A stretch of DNA of 64,000 nucleotides from Candidatus Latescibacterota bacterium (GCA_965198115.1 OZ240241.1:4032001-4096000); one strand, 5' to 3'. Shown: positions 53,655-64,000, counted from the stretch's first letter. Translations and numbers: made by a program. Notes: a model not told the origin generated them from the letters alone.

Positions 53655-54425
53655 TCATGATGCAGTGCCGCTCCGGCTTTCACCACGCGTCGAGTTCTCC
53701 CGCTTGATCTGTTCCTTCTGCCAGACGTAGTCGACTTCACCCTTATAGAAGGCCAACGGCGTCTCTACCGCCCAGAGCTGCTTCCGGATCACCCAATTGT
53801 CAGGATCGAGATGGACTGCTGCCCTCAGCTCCACGAGTGCTTCCGCTCGATTATTTTGCTCCAGAAGTTGGGTCGCCCGCTGAAACCGTTCGTCCGCCTC
53901 CTGCTCCCTCGACGAGAGAGGGTGTGGAATCTCGGGTCTGTTCGATTCGGACCAGGCCGCCGGGATCGTTCCCGTCAGAACCCATTCCAGGAGTTCGGCA
54001 CTGAAATCAGACTCGTCGATGTTGACAGGTCCGATTGACTTGGCGAGAAGACCTTCTTCATCCAGGAGGATGCCGACGGGGACATACTTAAGGTTGAAGA
54101 CCTTGCCGATCACGTTGTGCTGGTCTAGAAGACTGGGGAACGTAGCGCCAGCCTTTTGAACCCAGGGCTTCGCCGCTTCAGCCCCTTGCGCGTCCTGCGC
54201 GATCGAGACGATCTGGACCAGGCCTTTGTGAGACTCGTGAAAGGACTGCCATCCAGGCAGCTGGCTGCGGCACCCTCACCACGATGCCCACACGAAGAAC
54301 ACAGTCCTCTTTCCGATGAATTCGTCCGATGTAACGAGATCTCCTTCGAAGAGATCCGGCAGGCTGATCGCTGGTGGCTTATCCCCGATCCCGAATCCCA
54401 ACCGGCCTTCTTGCGTGGTGTCCAT
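53655..54425 (-). CDS. Selenocysteine-containing TlpA/AhpC-TSA thioredoxin-fold protein (256 aa, WASWUGC)
   Basis: One frame from ATG 54425 through TGA 54276-54278 into the 53655-54113 ORF; TGA sits at the redox-active Cys position. Confidence 0.85.
54240..54275 (-). promoter_or_regulatory. Candidate bacterial SECIS hairpin
   Basis: GCUGCC(UGGAU)GGCAGU, with the loop starting 20 nt after the UGA. Confidence 0.65.
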
Positions 54426-54497
54426 CCCAATGCTTCCTTCCGTCAATGTTGCGGGGAGATTCAGGCACGAGAAAGTGTCATCGAGAGTATGGCTTCT

Positions 54498-54863
54498 TCA
54501 GATAGCACTCATTGGTGCCAGCTCGACGGCTTCCAGGACTTGATCCAGATCCAGCAATCGGATGGGCTTGACCAGGACAGTCAACACGTCCTCAGGTGGA
54601 CCCTGACTGGCCAGATCCACGTGGCCGCTGATGGTGACAAGGGGCAGATCGTGAGATTTCCCATTGATCTTCCGGAGGAGTTCCTCTCCGTCAAGACCCG
54701 GCATTCGCAGGTCCACAAAAGCGAGATCGAAGCTTCTCAGGTCCAGGATGTCCAGGGCAGCCTGTCCGTCCATAGCGGTCTCCACCCGATGCCCGCACTC
54801 GGCCAGGTATTCCCCGATGGTTTCGTGCACGATTTCCTCGTCATCCACGATCAATATTCTCAC
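54498..54863 (-). CDS. Single-domain response regulator
   Basis: ILIVDDE, DLRMPGLDG, ISGH and KP motifs. Confidence 0.92.
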   Translation of the reverse strand: MRILIVDDEEIVHETIGEYLAECGHRVETAMDGQAALDILDLRSFDLAFVDLRMPGLDGEELLRKINGKSHDLPLVTISGHVDLASQGPPEDVLTVLVKPIRLLDLDQVLEAVELAPMSAI

Positions 54864-55267
54864 GGTTGTGCTCCTGCATCTGAGGGTAAAACGGCTTCGA
54901 CGCCGGCCGCGTCTTCGAGAAATCGCTCCAATTCTTGGAGTCTGAAGGGCTTCCCCAGAACCCCGATGGTGCCCAGCTGAGAAGCCCGATCTCTCAAATC
55001 GGAACTATAAAATCCTGCCATCAAGCAGACTCGAATGTGAGGCCACGATTCCCGGATTCGGTGTGTCAGGTCATACCCACTCATGCCCGTCATCTGGACA
55101 TCGACAAAGGCGATGTCATAGAGCGTGGCACGCAGCGCCGCCAAGGCGGCTTCGCCGTCTTTGACCGAGGTCACATCGTGGCCCAGGTCGTCGAGAAAGG
55201 TCGTCAACGTCTGTCGGACGATTTCCTCATCGTCCACGACTAAAATCTGCTTGCTGGAATGGCTCAT
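54860..55267 (-). CDS. Single-domain response regulator
   Basis: ILVVDDE, DVQMTGMSG and KPF motifs. Confidence 0.92.
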   Translation of the reverse strand: MSHSSKQILVVDDEEIVRQTLTTFLDDLGHDVTSVKDGEAALAALRATLYDIAFVDVQMTGMSGYDLTHRIRESWPHIRVCLMAGFYSSDLRDRASQLGTIGVLGKPFRLQELERFLEDAAGVEAVLPSDAGAQP

Positions 55268-55305
55268 ATTCCCCGGTGGCTCCGACTGGTGATCCTAATA
55301 CACAC

Positions 55306-55321
55306 CGCAACAGCCGTGCCC
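55306..55321 (-). promoter_or_regulatory. Sigma-54 promoter of the receiver/receiver/selenoprotein/HK operon
   Basis: GGGCAC-GGCTG-TTGCG, 39 nt upstream of the ATG. Confidence 0.65.
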
Positions 55322-55455
55322 GAACGTGCTGAAGTCTATAACCCGTTCATAAACAGACTTTTAGTTCTATATAGTGTGGTCTGGCGAAAGTGCGTCGTTG
55401 AGTCAGGGTTAGCGATCCTTGACAGCAATAGATGACAACTCCGACTTCCCGACAG

Positions 55456-56820
55456 TCAAGCGATTTGGTACTTCTGAATTTTGTAGCGCAAGGTCGAATA
55501 GGGGATATCCAATGCAACCGCCGCCGCCTTACGATTCCACTTTGCTTCCTCGAGAGCAGTCAGGATCGAATCCCTTTCGCCAAAACTTTCCGATGGGATC
55601 ATCTTCGCTGTGGAGACCTTCGAGTGCCCATTGTGTCGACCCAGGTGGGCGGCATTAATGTCCCCGGATCTCGAAAGGATCGCTGCTCGTTCGATCATAT
55701 TCCTGAGCTCGCGTACGTTTCCCGGGAACGCGTAATCGAGCAGGTATTCTTTTGCATCCTGCGTCAACGATTTTTCCGAAACACCCCGTTGTGTTGCATA
55801 AACCGCAAGAAACTGTTCGGCAATGGGCATCACGTCTTCAGGGCGCTGATTCAAGGGTGCCAACTCGATCGGAAACACATTCAGTCGGTAAAACAGGTCG
55901 CTTCTGAATCTTCCTTCGGCGACCGCGTCTTCCAGCGGCGCATTCGAGGCCGCCACGACCGTGAGGTTCACGCTGATTTCCTTCGATCTGCCGACGCGTC
56001 TGAAGCTTCTCGTTTCCAGGGCACGGAGCACCTTGGCCTGGGCGTCGGCCGACAGGTCCGCGATCTCATCCAGAAAGAGCGTTCCGCCATCGGCCAACTC
56101 GAAATAGCCGGGTTTGTCCGTGGTCGCACCCGTAAAGGCACCCTTGGCGTGGCCAAAAAGCTCGCTTTCCACGAGGGCTTCGGGCAGAGCCGGGCAACTG
56201 ACCGGGATAAAGGGACGATCGGGGTTGCCACTCTTGAAATGAAGCTCTCTTGCGACGACCTCTTTGCCCGTACCCGTTTCTCCCGTGATCAGGACGGAAT
56301 CCACCCGTGCTTCGATGGCCAGATCGATCTGTTCACAGACTGACTCCGCGTTGGGACTCGCACCCATGAAACCGCAGGCGCTTTCCCTCAGGGCGCTGGA
56401 CTGGATCCCGCCGATCGTCTGTTTCAGATGTCGCTTGTCCTTCTCCAGACCACCGAGGCGAGCCACTTTTTCCAGAACCGCCTCGAGTTCCAGCAGCTTG
56501 ACTGGCTTGGGCAGGAAGTCAGCGGCCCCCGAACGAAGGGCTTCGATGACCATCTCCATGTTCCCGTGGCCCGTTATCATGACGATCGATGTTTCGGGGC
56601 ACGTTTTCCTAGCCCTCTCCAGGAGTTCCAGCCCGCTGAGACCCGGCATTTTGACATCGATGATCGCAAGGTCGTAGTCGTCCTTACCCAGTGCGATCAA
56701 GGCCGAGTCTCCTTCGCGGCAACTCTTGAACCGGTGCCCGCAATCCATCAGGTAATCGCCAATAGTCTCGTGAACGATCTGCTCGTCATCGACTAAAAGA
56801 ATGTTGAGTTGGCCCGACAT
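55456..56820 (-). CDS. Sigma-54-dependent response regulator (NtrC/AtoC family)
   Basis: Receiver, GETGTGKE, ESELFGHAKGAFTGA, LFLDEI, FPGNVREL and a Fis-type HTH. Confidence 0.96.
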   Translation of the reverse strand: MSGQLNILLVDDEQIVHETIGDYLMDCGHRFKSCREGDSALIALGKDDYDLAIIDVKMPGLSGLELLERARKTCPETSIVMITGHGNMEMVIEALRSGAADFLPKPVKLLELEAVLEKVARLGGLEKDKRHLKQTIGGIQSSALRESACGFMGASPNAESVCEQIDLAIEARVDSVLITGETGTGKEVVARELHFKSGNPDRPFIPVSCPALPEALVESELFGHAKGAFTGATTDKPGYFELADGGTLFLDEIADLSADAQAKVLRALETRSFRRVGRSKEISVNLTVVAASNAPLEDAVAEGRFRSDLFYRLNVFPIELAPLNQRPEDVMPIAEQFLAVYATQRGVSEKSLTQDAKEYLLDYAFPGNVRELRNMIERAAILSRSGDINAAHLGRHNGHSKVSTAKMIPSESFGERDSILTALEEAKWNRKAAAVALDIPYSTLRYKIQKYQIA

Positions 56821-56871
56821 GTTTTCCTACTCCGGTTGGCGTTGAAAGTCCTTCAGCCTACCGTTACCTAT

Positions 56872-56887
56872 CGCAAACGGGGTGCCA
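56872..56887 (-). promoter_or_regulatory. Sigma-54 promoter of the NtrC-like regulator
   Basis: TGGCAC-CCCGT-TTGCG, 52 nt upstream of the ATG. Confidence 0.72.
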
Positions 56888-57318
56888 AAACCCATTCGCT
56901 ACGACACAAAATTTATGACGGTTGCAAGTCGTTCTTTTGGTGAAGTTATGATCCTTCACTCCCCGGGAAATCGCCCCGTCACAAGAGGATCCGATAGGCT
57001 TCGGGTGGTCGATTTCAACCACAGAGAGGGATCACCTCCACACGTCGTAAGACAGGTCTTACAAAGTGTCGCTTATGTGGGTCGGATCGTCCTGATTTTG
57101 GCGGCGTACAAAGACACTCCAGGACCGGATCCCACGTGCGTTCGTGGTGTATTTCCATTTGCCCCTACACTCTTCTCCAGTCATTTTGGGCTGAGGAACC
57201 ACGCTCCCGCAGTCAATCGGATGGTTCACGACATCGATCCAGATGCCATCTGAATCGATGGACCCAACGCCTTCCTTAGACTGCAGGATGACCACACCAT
57301 TCGACCTGGAGACCCACG

Positions 57319-57717
57319 GTGGCTGAAAACGATATCCACCTCGCTGTTCTCGAAAACGACGGCCAGCGCGTGAAGCAACTCGCCGACGAGGATAGCTCCG
57401 GCGTCAACCGTCTGGTTGCCGTCGACAGTCAGCAAGGCCTGGCCCCCCTCCACGTGGCCGCCCGGCACGGCAGCATCGAAATGTGTGCGTTGCTCTATGG
57501 TCTGGGCGCGAGTCTCGAGGTGAGGGACGAGGAGCATCAGTGTACCGCCCTCGGCTGGGCTGCCTACTTCGGGCAGACCGAGACAGCCGAACTACTGATT
57601 CTCTTCGGCTCGGATGTCGAGGATCGATGTCGGCCGCTGATACTCGCACAGGAGCAGGGCCACTCGGAAACGGCCAAGCTTCTGCTCCAGTACGGCGCAC
57701 CCGAATTCGATGAATGA
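57319..57717 (+). CDS. Ankyrin repeat protein
   Basis: GLAPLHVAARHG and TALGWAAYFGQ repeats. Confidence 0.88.
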   Translation: MAENDIHLAVLENDGQRVKQLADEDSSGVNRLVAVDSQQGLAPLHVAARHGSIEMCALLYGLGASLEVRDEEHQCTALGWAAYFGQTETAELLILFGSDVEDRCRPLILAQEQGHSETAKLLLQYGAPEFDE

Positions 57718-57792
57718 GACTCGATATGTGGCTCGTTCGTGACTCCTGTTTCCATCGTCTGCCATCCCAGTAGCGAGGTCCCACTCTCCAAA

Positions 57793-59358
57793 ATGCCTGA
57801 AAATTTCGATATCCTGATTGTCGGCTCGGGTTCCGCCGGCTCCATTCTAGCCGCACGTCTCTCCGAAGAAGCCGGCCGTTCGGTTCTGCTGTTGGAAGCC
57901 GGGCCGGATTTCCGGACGGACGAATTACCCGACGAGATTCGGCGCGCTTACGGCGACCGCAACATCTGGCCCAAGGCGTTCGGGACGGAAACGAAGTTCG
58001 GATGGGGCTACCGGGGCCGCGGAACCGACGATTCCCCCGACATGATCGTTCCGCGAGGAAAAATCATCGGAGGTTCGAGTGCGGTGAACGCTCAGATCTT
58101 CTTGCGGGGTCCCCGGGAGGACTACGATTCTTGGGCCTCGTTCGGGAACGATCAGTGGAGCTACAACAGGCTCCTGCCTTACTTCTGTCTGAACGAGGCC
58201 GATCCTGACTTCTCCAACGACTACCACGGCAACAACGGACCGATCCGTATTCACAGGTTCAAGAATCCCGAATTGAATCCCGACCATCGCGCGTTCTACT
58301 CAGCCTGTCTGGATGCCGGTTACGCAGACTGTCCCGACCACAACGATCCCGATTCGACCGGCGTTGGGCCGCTTGCCCTCAACAACCCGAATGGCATTCG
58401 TTGGAGCACAGCGATGGGCTATCTGGAGCCTGCGCGGGATCGGGACAACCTCACGATCAGGGGCGACTGTCACGTTCGCCGAATCCTTTTCGAAGGAACA
58501 CGCGCAGTCGGCGCGGAGGTCGACAGCCGGGGTGAAACTTTCACTGTGCACGCGGCTGAAACCATCGTCTCTGGGGGCGCAATCGCTTCCCCACAGATCC
58601 TGATGCTGTCCGGGCTCGGTCCCGCTGATCATCTGTCGAGCCTGGGTATTCCGGTCGTACTGGATGTGCCCGGTATCGGGCAGAACCTGCGGGATCATCC
58701 CCAGGTCCCCGTGACCCTTCGCTCGAAGAACGACGTGATGCCCGACGGTTCAGACCCTCCGCTGCAGGTGGGCCTCCGCTACACGGCGACGGGCTCCGAC
58801 CTGAAGAACGACATGCTCATCCTTCCTGTGACCTTCGCCACGGAGGAAGGCTTCTACGTTTCGTCCCAAAGCGATCCAATCGGATTCTACCTCACCGCTT
58901 GCATCTATCTGGCCGCGGGCGCTGGGCAGATCACCCTCGCTTCATCCGATCCATACGACAAGCCGAACCTCGACTACGACTATCTCGCAGATCCTTTCGA
59001 TCGTGACCGGCTGCGCGAAGCCGTACGCATCATCATCGAGCTGACCGGTCACGCTGACTTTCGGAAAATCATCGAAGAGCGTGTCGACCCTACAGACGAG
59101 GATCTCGCGACCGATGCCGCGCTCGACGCGTGGATGAGCCGGAAGGTCTCGACGAGCCACCACTCGTCGTCGACGTGCAAAATGGGGCCCACATCCGACG
59201 ATGCGGCCGTCGTCGATCAGTTTGGGAAGGTATATGGTGTCGAGGGGCTTCGGGTCGCCGACGCCTCAATCATGCCCGACTGTGTCCGTGCCAATACGAA
59301 CGTATCGACGATGGTGATCGGAGAGCACATCGCCGATTTCATACGAAACGGATTCTGA
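57793..59358 (+). CDS. GMC family oxidoreductase (choline dehydrogenase-like)
   Basis: GSGSAG, RGKIIGGSSAVN, GQNLRDHP, GLRVADASIMP and NTN motifs. Confidence 0.93.
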   Translation: MPENFDILIVGSGSAGSILAARLSEEAGRSVLLLEAGPDFRTDELPDEIRRAYGDRNIWPKAFGTETKFGWGYRGRGTDDSPDMIVPRGKIIGGSSAVNAQIFLRGPREDYDSWASFGNDQWSYNRLLPYFCLNEADPDFSNDYHGNNGPIRIHRFKNPELNPDHRAFYSACLDAGYADCPDHNDPDSTGVGPLALNNPNGIRWSTAMGYLEPARDRDNLTIRGDCHVRRILFEGTRAVGAEVDSRGETFTVHAAETIVSGGAIASPQILMLSGLGPADHLSSLGIPVVLDVPGIGQNLRDHPQVPVTLRSKNDVMPDGSDPPLQVGLRYTATGSDLKNDMLILPVTFATEEGFYVSSQSDPIGFYLTACIYLAAGAGQITLASSDPYDKPNLDYDYLADPFDRDRLREAVRIIIELTGHADFRKIIEERVDPTDEDLATDAALDAWMSRKVSTSHHSSSTCKMGPTSDDAAVVDQFGKVYGVEGLRVADASIMPDCVRANTNVSTMVIGEHIADFIRNGF

Positions 59359-59393
59359 GTCCGCATCGTGACCCGCGACTTGTGAGACGAAAC

Positions 59394-61452
59394 ATGCTCG
59401 AGCGGCTTCGCAAATGGCTCAATCGGCAGGACTCTACGAACGTCGCCGACATCGTAGCCAGAGATTCTCTGCGCTTTCTCTTTGAGCGTGGTCCTGAGGC
59501 CTATTATCTCGCAGATCTTCAGGGTCATTTCATCGATGGCAACAAAGTCGCCGAAGAGCTCATCGGATACGCCCGAGAGGAGTTGATTGGTAAGAGCTTC
59601 CTCAAGCTCAAACTCTTGCCGACGGACCAAATACCTCGAGCTGCGGCAAATCTGGCGCGTTGCGCCCTAGGCTATGCGGTCGGTCCGGAGGAATACCAAC
59701 TTCGAAGAAAAGATGGCCAGATACTCGATATAGAAATCACGACGATTCCGGTGCAGCTCGAGGGGACAACGTATGTCCTGGGTTTGGCCCGAGACATCGC
59801 CTATCGCAAACAGATAGAGAGCGAACTCCGCGAAAAGGACGATCGCTACACGCGCGCGGTTTCATCAGGAAAAGTGGGTGTGTGGGATTGGAACATCCCC
59901 ACCGGTGACATCTTTCTCGATCCCATCCTGAAAGAGATGCTCGGCTATGAGGACGCTGAGATCCAGAACCACATCGACGAGTGGAGAAAGCGCGTTCACC
60001 CCGACGACAACGAAGCCGTCGTGTCTGCCACCAACGACTGCCTCGAGGGCAAGACCGACAGCTATGAGATCGAACATCGTATGGTGTGCAAGGATGGATC
60101 TGCCCGCTGGTATCTGGCGCGCGGCGACGTCGTACGCGACGCAGGACGGGCGACGAGGATGATCGGCACGAACACTGACATCACTCACATCAAAGAGATG
60201 GAAACGGAGCTTCGCGCAGCCAACTCGAGGACCTCGTGCAGCAACGGACGTCAGAGCTTCAAACCGCCAACGAACGTCTAAAGAACGAGGCCAAAGAGCG
60301 GGACCTCCTCGAAACCGAGCTCATCCGTGTCCAGCGTCTGACCGCCCTGGGTGAACTATCTGCAGGGGTGAGTCACAACCTGAACAACATTCTGACCGGT
60401 GTGCTGGGTCCCGCGAAGCTACTGCGCGTCAGGGTAGACGGCTCCGACCTCGCGCCCGAAATGGACACGATCATCAGGGCCGGCACACGGGCAGCCGACC
60501 TCGTCAAACGCCTCCACCACGCCGTCGGCGACCCGCACGAGACAACGTCGTCGGTCGATCTCAACCGGCTTGTCGAAGAGGCTGTGGCCGACACGCGACC
60601 CCGGTGGAAGGATGAGGCGGAGGGCCGAGGAGCCGAGATTGTCCTCCACACGGATCTGGGGGAAATCCCTCACGTCGAGGCCACACAAAGCGGTGTCTAC
60701 GACATCCTGATCAACCTGATTTTGAATGCCGTTGACGCCATGCCCGGAGGCGGTGATATCGAAATCACAACCTCGAGCACAGGGGACAATGTTCGCTTGA
60801 CGGTCGGTGACGATGGCATCGGAATGGACGATACCACGCGTGAACGCGCCTTCGAGCCCTTCTTCACGACCAAAGCGAAGGTCGGGACCGGTCTGGGTCT
60901 TTCGACCGTCTACGGCTCTGTTATTCGATGGGGCGGTAAAATCGACATCGAGAGTGAAATTGGCATCGGCACGCGATTCATCGTCGAGCTTCCAGCCACA
61001 AAGTCCGGCTTGCAAAGCGGAAGCCTAACCGACCCGGCTCCCTCCACGGAGCGGCAGGCCCGCATCCTGATCGTCGAGGACGAGCCATTTGTCGTCGAAC
61101 TCCTCGACCGCGTGCTGCGACCGCGGCATCGACTGACCATCCTCGATGACGGCGATCGTGCCCTCAAGACCTTCTCGGTGAATGAATTCGATATCGCTCT
61201 GATCGACCTGGGTCTGCCGGACGCCCGGGAGATCAGGTTGCCGAAGAAATCGCGCGGCGCGATCCAAGCGTCGTGCGTGTGTTGATCACCGGTTGGTTCC
61301 TGCAAGAGAACGACAGCCGGCTCAAGCCGTTCGACCTCCATCTTCAAAAACCGATCTCCGGCTCCGCCCAGATTCAAAGCATCGTCGCCAAAGCGATGGC
61401 CCTGCACGATGCGCGCCACCCTCCTCGTTCAAACCCCGTTCCGGGGGACTGA
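59394..61452 (+). pseudogene. Cytoplasmic hybrid histidine kinase (PAS-PAS-HisKA-HATPase-receiver) with two frameshifts
   Basis: PAS domains, SHNLNN, FEPFFTTK and the receiver ILIVEDE...DLGLP...ITG...KP are spread over three frames (shifts near 60225 and 61228). Confidence 0.85.
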
Positions 61453-61610
61453 CTCGCAGATCTTCGACTCGTTCTACCTTGTTGTGCAACGACGACTTCA
61501 GTAATTTTGTCGCCAGTCATCTTCGGCGGTCAAAAAGATAGAGTTCACGCCGTACCGTCGGTGGCCACGGCTCAATGGCTGAGCCAACCAGACTGAGGAA
61601 GGAAAGCTGG

Positions 61611-62333
61611 ATGCTTGGAACGGTTCAGAATTCGCACAACGAAGTCATCGACTACACGCTGCACGACGCGAATGACAACACCACCGACATCGTCGTCATC
61701 GGTCACGGTGTGACCGGCAACAAGGATCGTCCATTTGTCGTGGCCCTGGCCTCGGGACTGGCGGAAGCGGGCATTCCTGCCGTGCGGATCTCGTTCGCGG
61801 GGAACGGAGCGTCGGGTGGAAGGTTCGAAGAAGCCACCATCTCGAAAGAAGCCGAGGACCTGTCCTGTGTTATCGACGCCTTGGACGGGCGCCAGGTCGC
61901 TTACGTCGGCCACAGTATGGGGGGCGCCGTCGGCGTTTTACGAGCGAGCAAGGACAGCCGCATCAAGCTTCTCGTCTCCCTGGCCGGAATGGTGCACACC
62001 GAGACTTTCGCTCGAACAGAATTCGGTGATGTCACACCCGATCACGGCTGTATGTGGGACGAGCCGACCTGCCCTCTCTCCCGAACCTATATGGAGGATA
62101 TGGAATCCATCCATTCGGTCGTCGATCTCGGGGCGAATGTCAGCGTCCCGTGGCTGCTCGTCCACGGGACCGAAGACGACGTCGTCCCCCTTCAGGACAG
62201 CCTGGATATCTACGAACGCGCGAACGAACCTAAATCACTCGTCCAGATCGAAGGGGCGGATCACGTCTTTTCCGACCACACGCCACAGATGGTCAAGACC
62301 GTCATCGATTGGTTTCGCGAGCAAGGTCTTTAG
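61611..62333 (+). CDS. Alpha/beta hydrolase
   Basis: Catalytic triad motifs GHSMGG, HGTEDDVVP and GADHVF. Confidence 0.92.
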   Translation: MLGTVQNSHNEVIDYTLHDANDNTTDIVVIGHGVTGNKDRPFVVALASGLAEAGIPAVRISFAGNGASGGRFEEATISKEAEDLSCVIDALDGRQVAYVGHSMGGAVGVLRASKDSRIKLLVSLAGMVHTETFARTEFGDVTPDHGCMWDEPTCPLSRTYMEDMESIHSVVDLGANVSVPWLLVHGTEDDVVPLQDSLDIYERANEPKSLVQIEGADHVFSDHTPQMVKTVIDWFREQGL

Positions 62334-62409
62334 TGCCCAGGGACAAGGCAGAGTGCTCACACTCCTCAGTGTGGCCTCTCGACTCCGCGACATCATCCAC
62401 CCACGAGCT

Positions 62410-63222
62410 ATGACAGATCTCGCCATCGAAACAACGGATACCGTCCTTGGAGCTCGAATTCGGAACCTCTCGCTCGATCGCCCGTTGTCGAGCGACGAGC
62501 AGGTGGCGGTGGAAAAAGCTCTGTACGACTTTTCCGTGATCGTCTTCCCCGACCAGCAGATCTCGCAACTCGATCTCGTACACTTCACCAACTACTACGG
62601 CACGGCTGTCCCGCACGTTCGCAGACAACCCGACAATCGCGAGCTCGACGAAATCTTCATCATCTCCAACGTCAAAGAAAACGGGCAACCGATCGGTGCC
62701 CTGGGAAACGCCGAGCTTACCTTCCACTCCGATCTCTCCTACCTGCACGAACCCGGAACCATCTCGATGCTCTACGCGATCGAGATTCCCAGTGAAGGCG
62801 GTGACACCTACTGGTGCGACTGTTACGCGGCTTACGACGCGCTTTCCGATGAGATGAAGCAGAAGCTCGATGGTTTGAGAGCAGTCCATCGGCACTACGT
62901 CGATGAGCAGAATCCCAAAACGCCCGCGAGCCATCCGGTCGTCTGTACACATCCAGTGACTGGTCGAAAGGCCCTCTACGTCGGCCCCCACCTGACGAAA
63001 TACATCGAGAACGTCTCCAACGAAGAGAGCGAGTGCCTGCTCGGTGAACTCAACGACCACACGCTCCGACCCGAATTCATCTACACACACCGTTGGCGTG
63101 TCGGCGATCTCGTCGTGTTCGACAACCGATGCACGATGCACCGACGTAACCCATTCCCGGACGATCAACGTCGGGTGATGTGGCGAACTCAGATCTTCAA
63201 CGACGTCGCCCCCGTTCCTTAG
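62410..63222 (+). CDS. TauD/TfdA family dioxygenase
   Basis: FHSDLSY, GGDT, HPVVCTHPVTGRKALYV and FDNRCTMHRR motifs. Confidence 0.93.
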   Translation: MTDLAIETTDTVLGARIRNLSLDRPLSSDEQVAVEKALYDFSVIVFPDQQISQLDLVHFTNYYGTAVPHVRRQPDNRELDEIFIISNVKENGQPIGALGNAELTFHSDLSYLHEPGTISMLYAIEIPSEGGDTYWCDCYAAYDALSDEMKQKLDGLRAVHRHYVDEQNPKTPASHPVVCTHPVTGRKALYVGPHLTKYIENVSNEESECLLGELNDHTLRPEFIYTHRWRVGDLVVFDNRCTMHRRNPFPDDQRRVMWRTQIFNDVAPVP

Positions 63223-63258
63223 AGCCGATGCCAACCTTTTTGCATTTTGCATTCTAAC

Positions 63259-64000
63259 TTGAGCACTCTTCTATTCGGCCCGACCGGCATCGTGGGCTAC
63301 GCCATTGCCCGACGATGCCCCGATATTGTTCCAATTCTGTCAACGCCGAACAAGAAGGGCATCGCGCACGGATGGGATGTCGTCGTCCACGAGTGCGAGA
63401 GCGATGTTCGTCGCATCTGCGACAGAGACATCGAAGCCGTGATCTATGTTCACGCCGTATGCGACGTTGCAATGTGCGAAGCCCGCGAAGAGTGGGCGCG
63501 AGAGAAGAACGTCCTCAACCTGGTTCGCGTTCTGAGCCACATCCCTCGCGGCACTCGATTCGTCTATCTCTCGTCCGACCACGTCTTCGGTCACGACGGA
63601 AGCTACGACGAGCGTGACGAACCCTGTCCGATTTCTGCCTATGGGCGAACCCGCGTCGAGGCGGAACAGCGTGTGCTTCAGCGCGAGAACACCGTCGTGA
63701 TTCGCGTGCCTTTGGCCATCGGTCCCTCCGTCGACGGACGGACCGGGCACCTCGACTGGATGCGCTACCGCTTTACAAAAGGTCTCCCGATCACCATCGT
63801 AGAGGACGAAGCTCGGTCAGTCCTCAACGCCGAGGACGTCGTCGACCGAACTCTGGACTACGTCACATCGGACACGGTCGGTCTTCGCCACATTGCCGCA
63901 CCGGGCGTATCGCGAATCCAACTCGCAGACGGCGTGATCAAACACCTCAGCATGCCCGTCCGATATGATCTGAAGACTCGAAGCGAACAGCCGGCGCCTC
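63259..64000 (+). CDS. dTDP-4-dehydrorhamnose reductase (RmlD)-like SDR, partial
   Basis: Not in the ORF track. Manual translation gives LLFGPTGIVG...FVYLSSDHVFG..GSYDERDEPCPISAYGRTRVEAE; runs off the window end. Confidence 0.85.
   Translation, partial: MSTLLFGPTGIVGYAIARRCPDIVPILSTPNKKGIAHGWDVVVHECESDVRRICDRDIEAVIYVHAVCDVAMCEAREEWAREKNVLNLVRVLSHIPRGTRFVYLSSDHVFGHDGSYDERDEPCPISAYGRTRVEAEQRVLQRENTVVIRVPLAIGPSVDGRTGHLDWMRYRFTKGLPITIVEDEARSVLNAEDVVDRTLDYVTSDTVGLRHIAAPGVSRIQLADGVIKHLSMPVRYDLKTRSEQPAP

Noticed and set aside
56882-57295. Small ORFs between the NtrC-like gene and the ankyrin gene
   Set aside because: They have no RBS or motif support; the region is more likely regulatory DNA upstream of the sigma-54 promoter.
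57793-59358. Mycofactocin-system MftG assignment
   Set aside because: No mft genes are in the window; only the GMC family is supportable.
61735-62409. Long N-terminal extension of the TauD protein
   Set aside because: It overlaps the alpha/beta hydrolase in another frame; TauD similarity starts at ATG 62410.

Overview
GC-rich (~60%) bacterial chromosomal window. The phylum cannot be established from this sequence; the gene style suggests an uncultured FCB-group lineage, at low confidence. The left half holds core genes (gltBD, yigZ, guaB, a TPR-ExbB-ExbD-ExbD-TonB-TPR cluster) and a giant acidic pseudo-receiver membrane protein. The right half holds catabolic enzymes and a ~15 kb sigma-54 signalling island with three paralogous histidine kinases, many frameshifts and a hidden selenoprotein (in-frame UGA plus SECIS-like hairpin). 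Five IS families (ISL3, IS1, IS3, ISAzo13, IS256) are present, each with recognisable ends and flanking direct repeats. The most striking observation is an IS1-family cargo element (9908-12143). From its own near-consensus promoter it carries a tRNA(Sec)-like 9/3 cloverleaf (allo-tRNA-like, 11058-11145, minus strand) followed by two uncharacterised passenger genes. A ~200-nt structured guaB leader ending in an intrinsic terminator is a candidate riboswitch/attenuator. All family assignments come from motif recognition by eye, not database searches.
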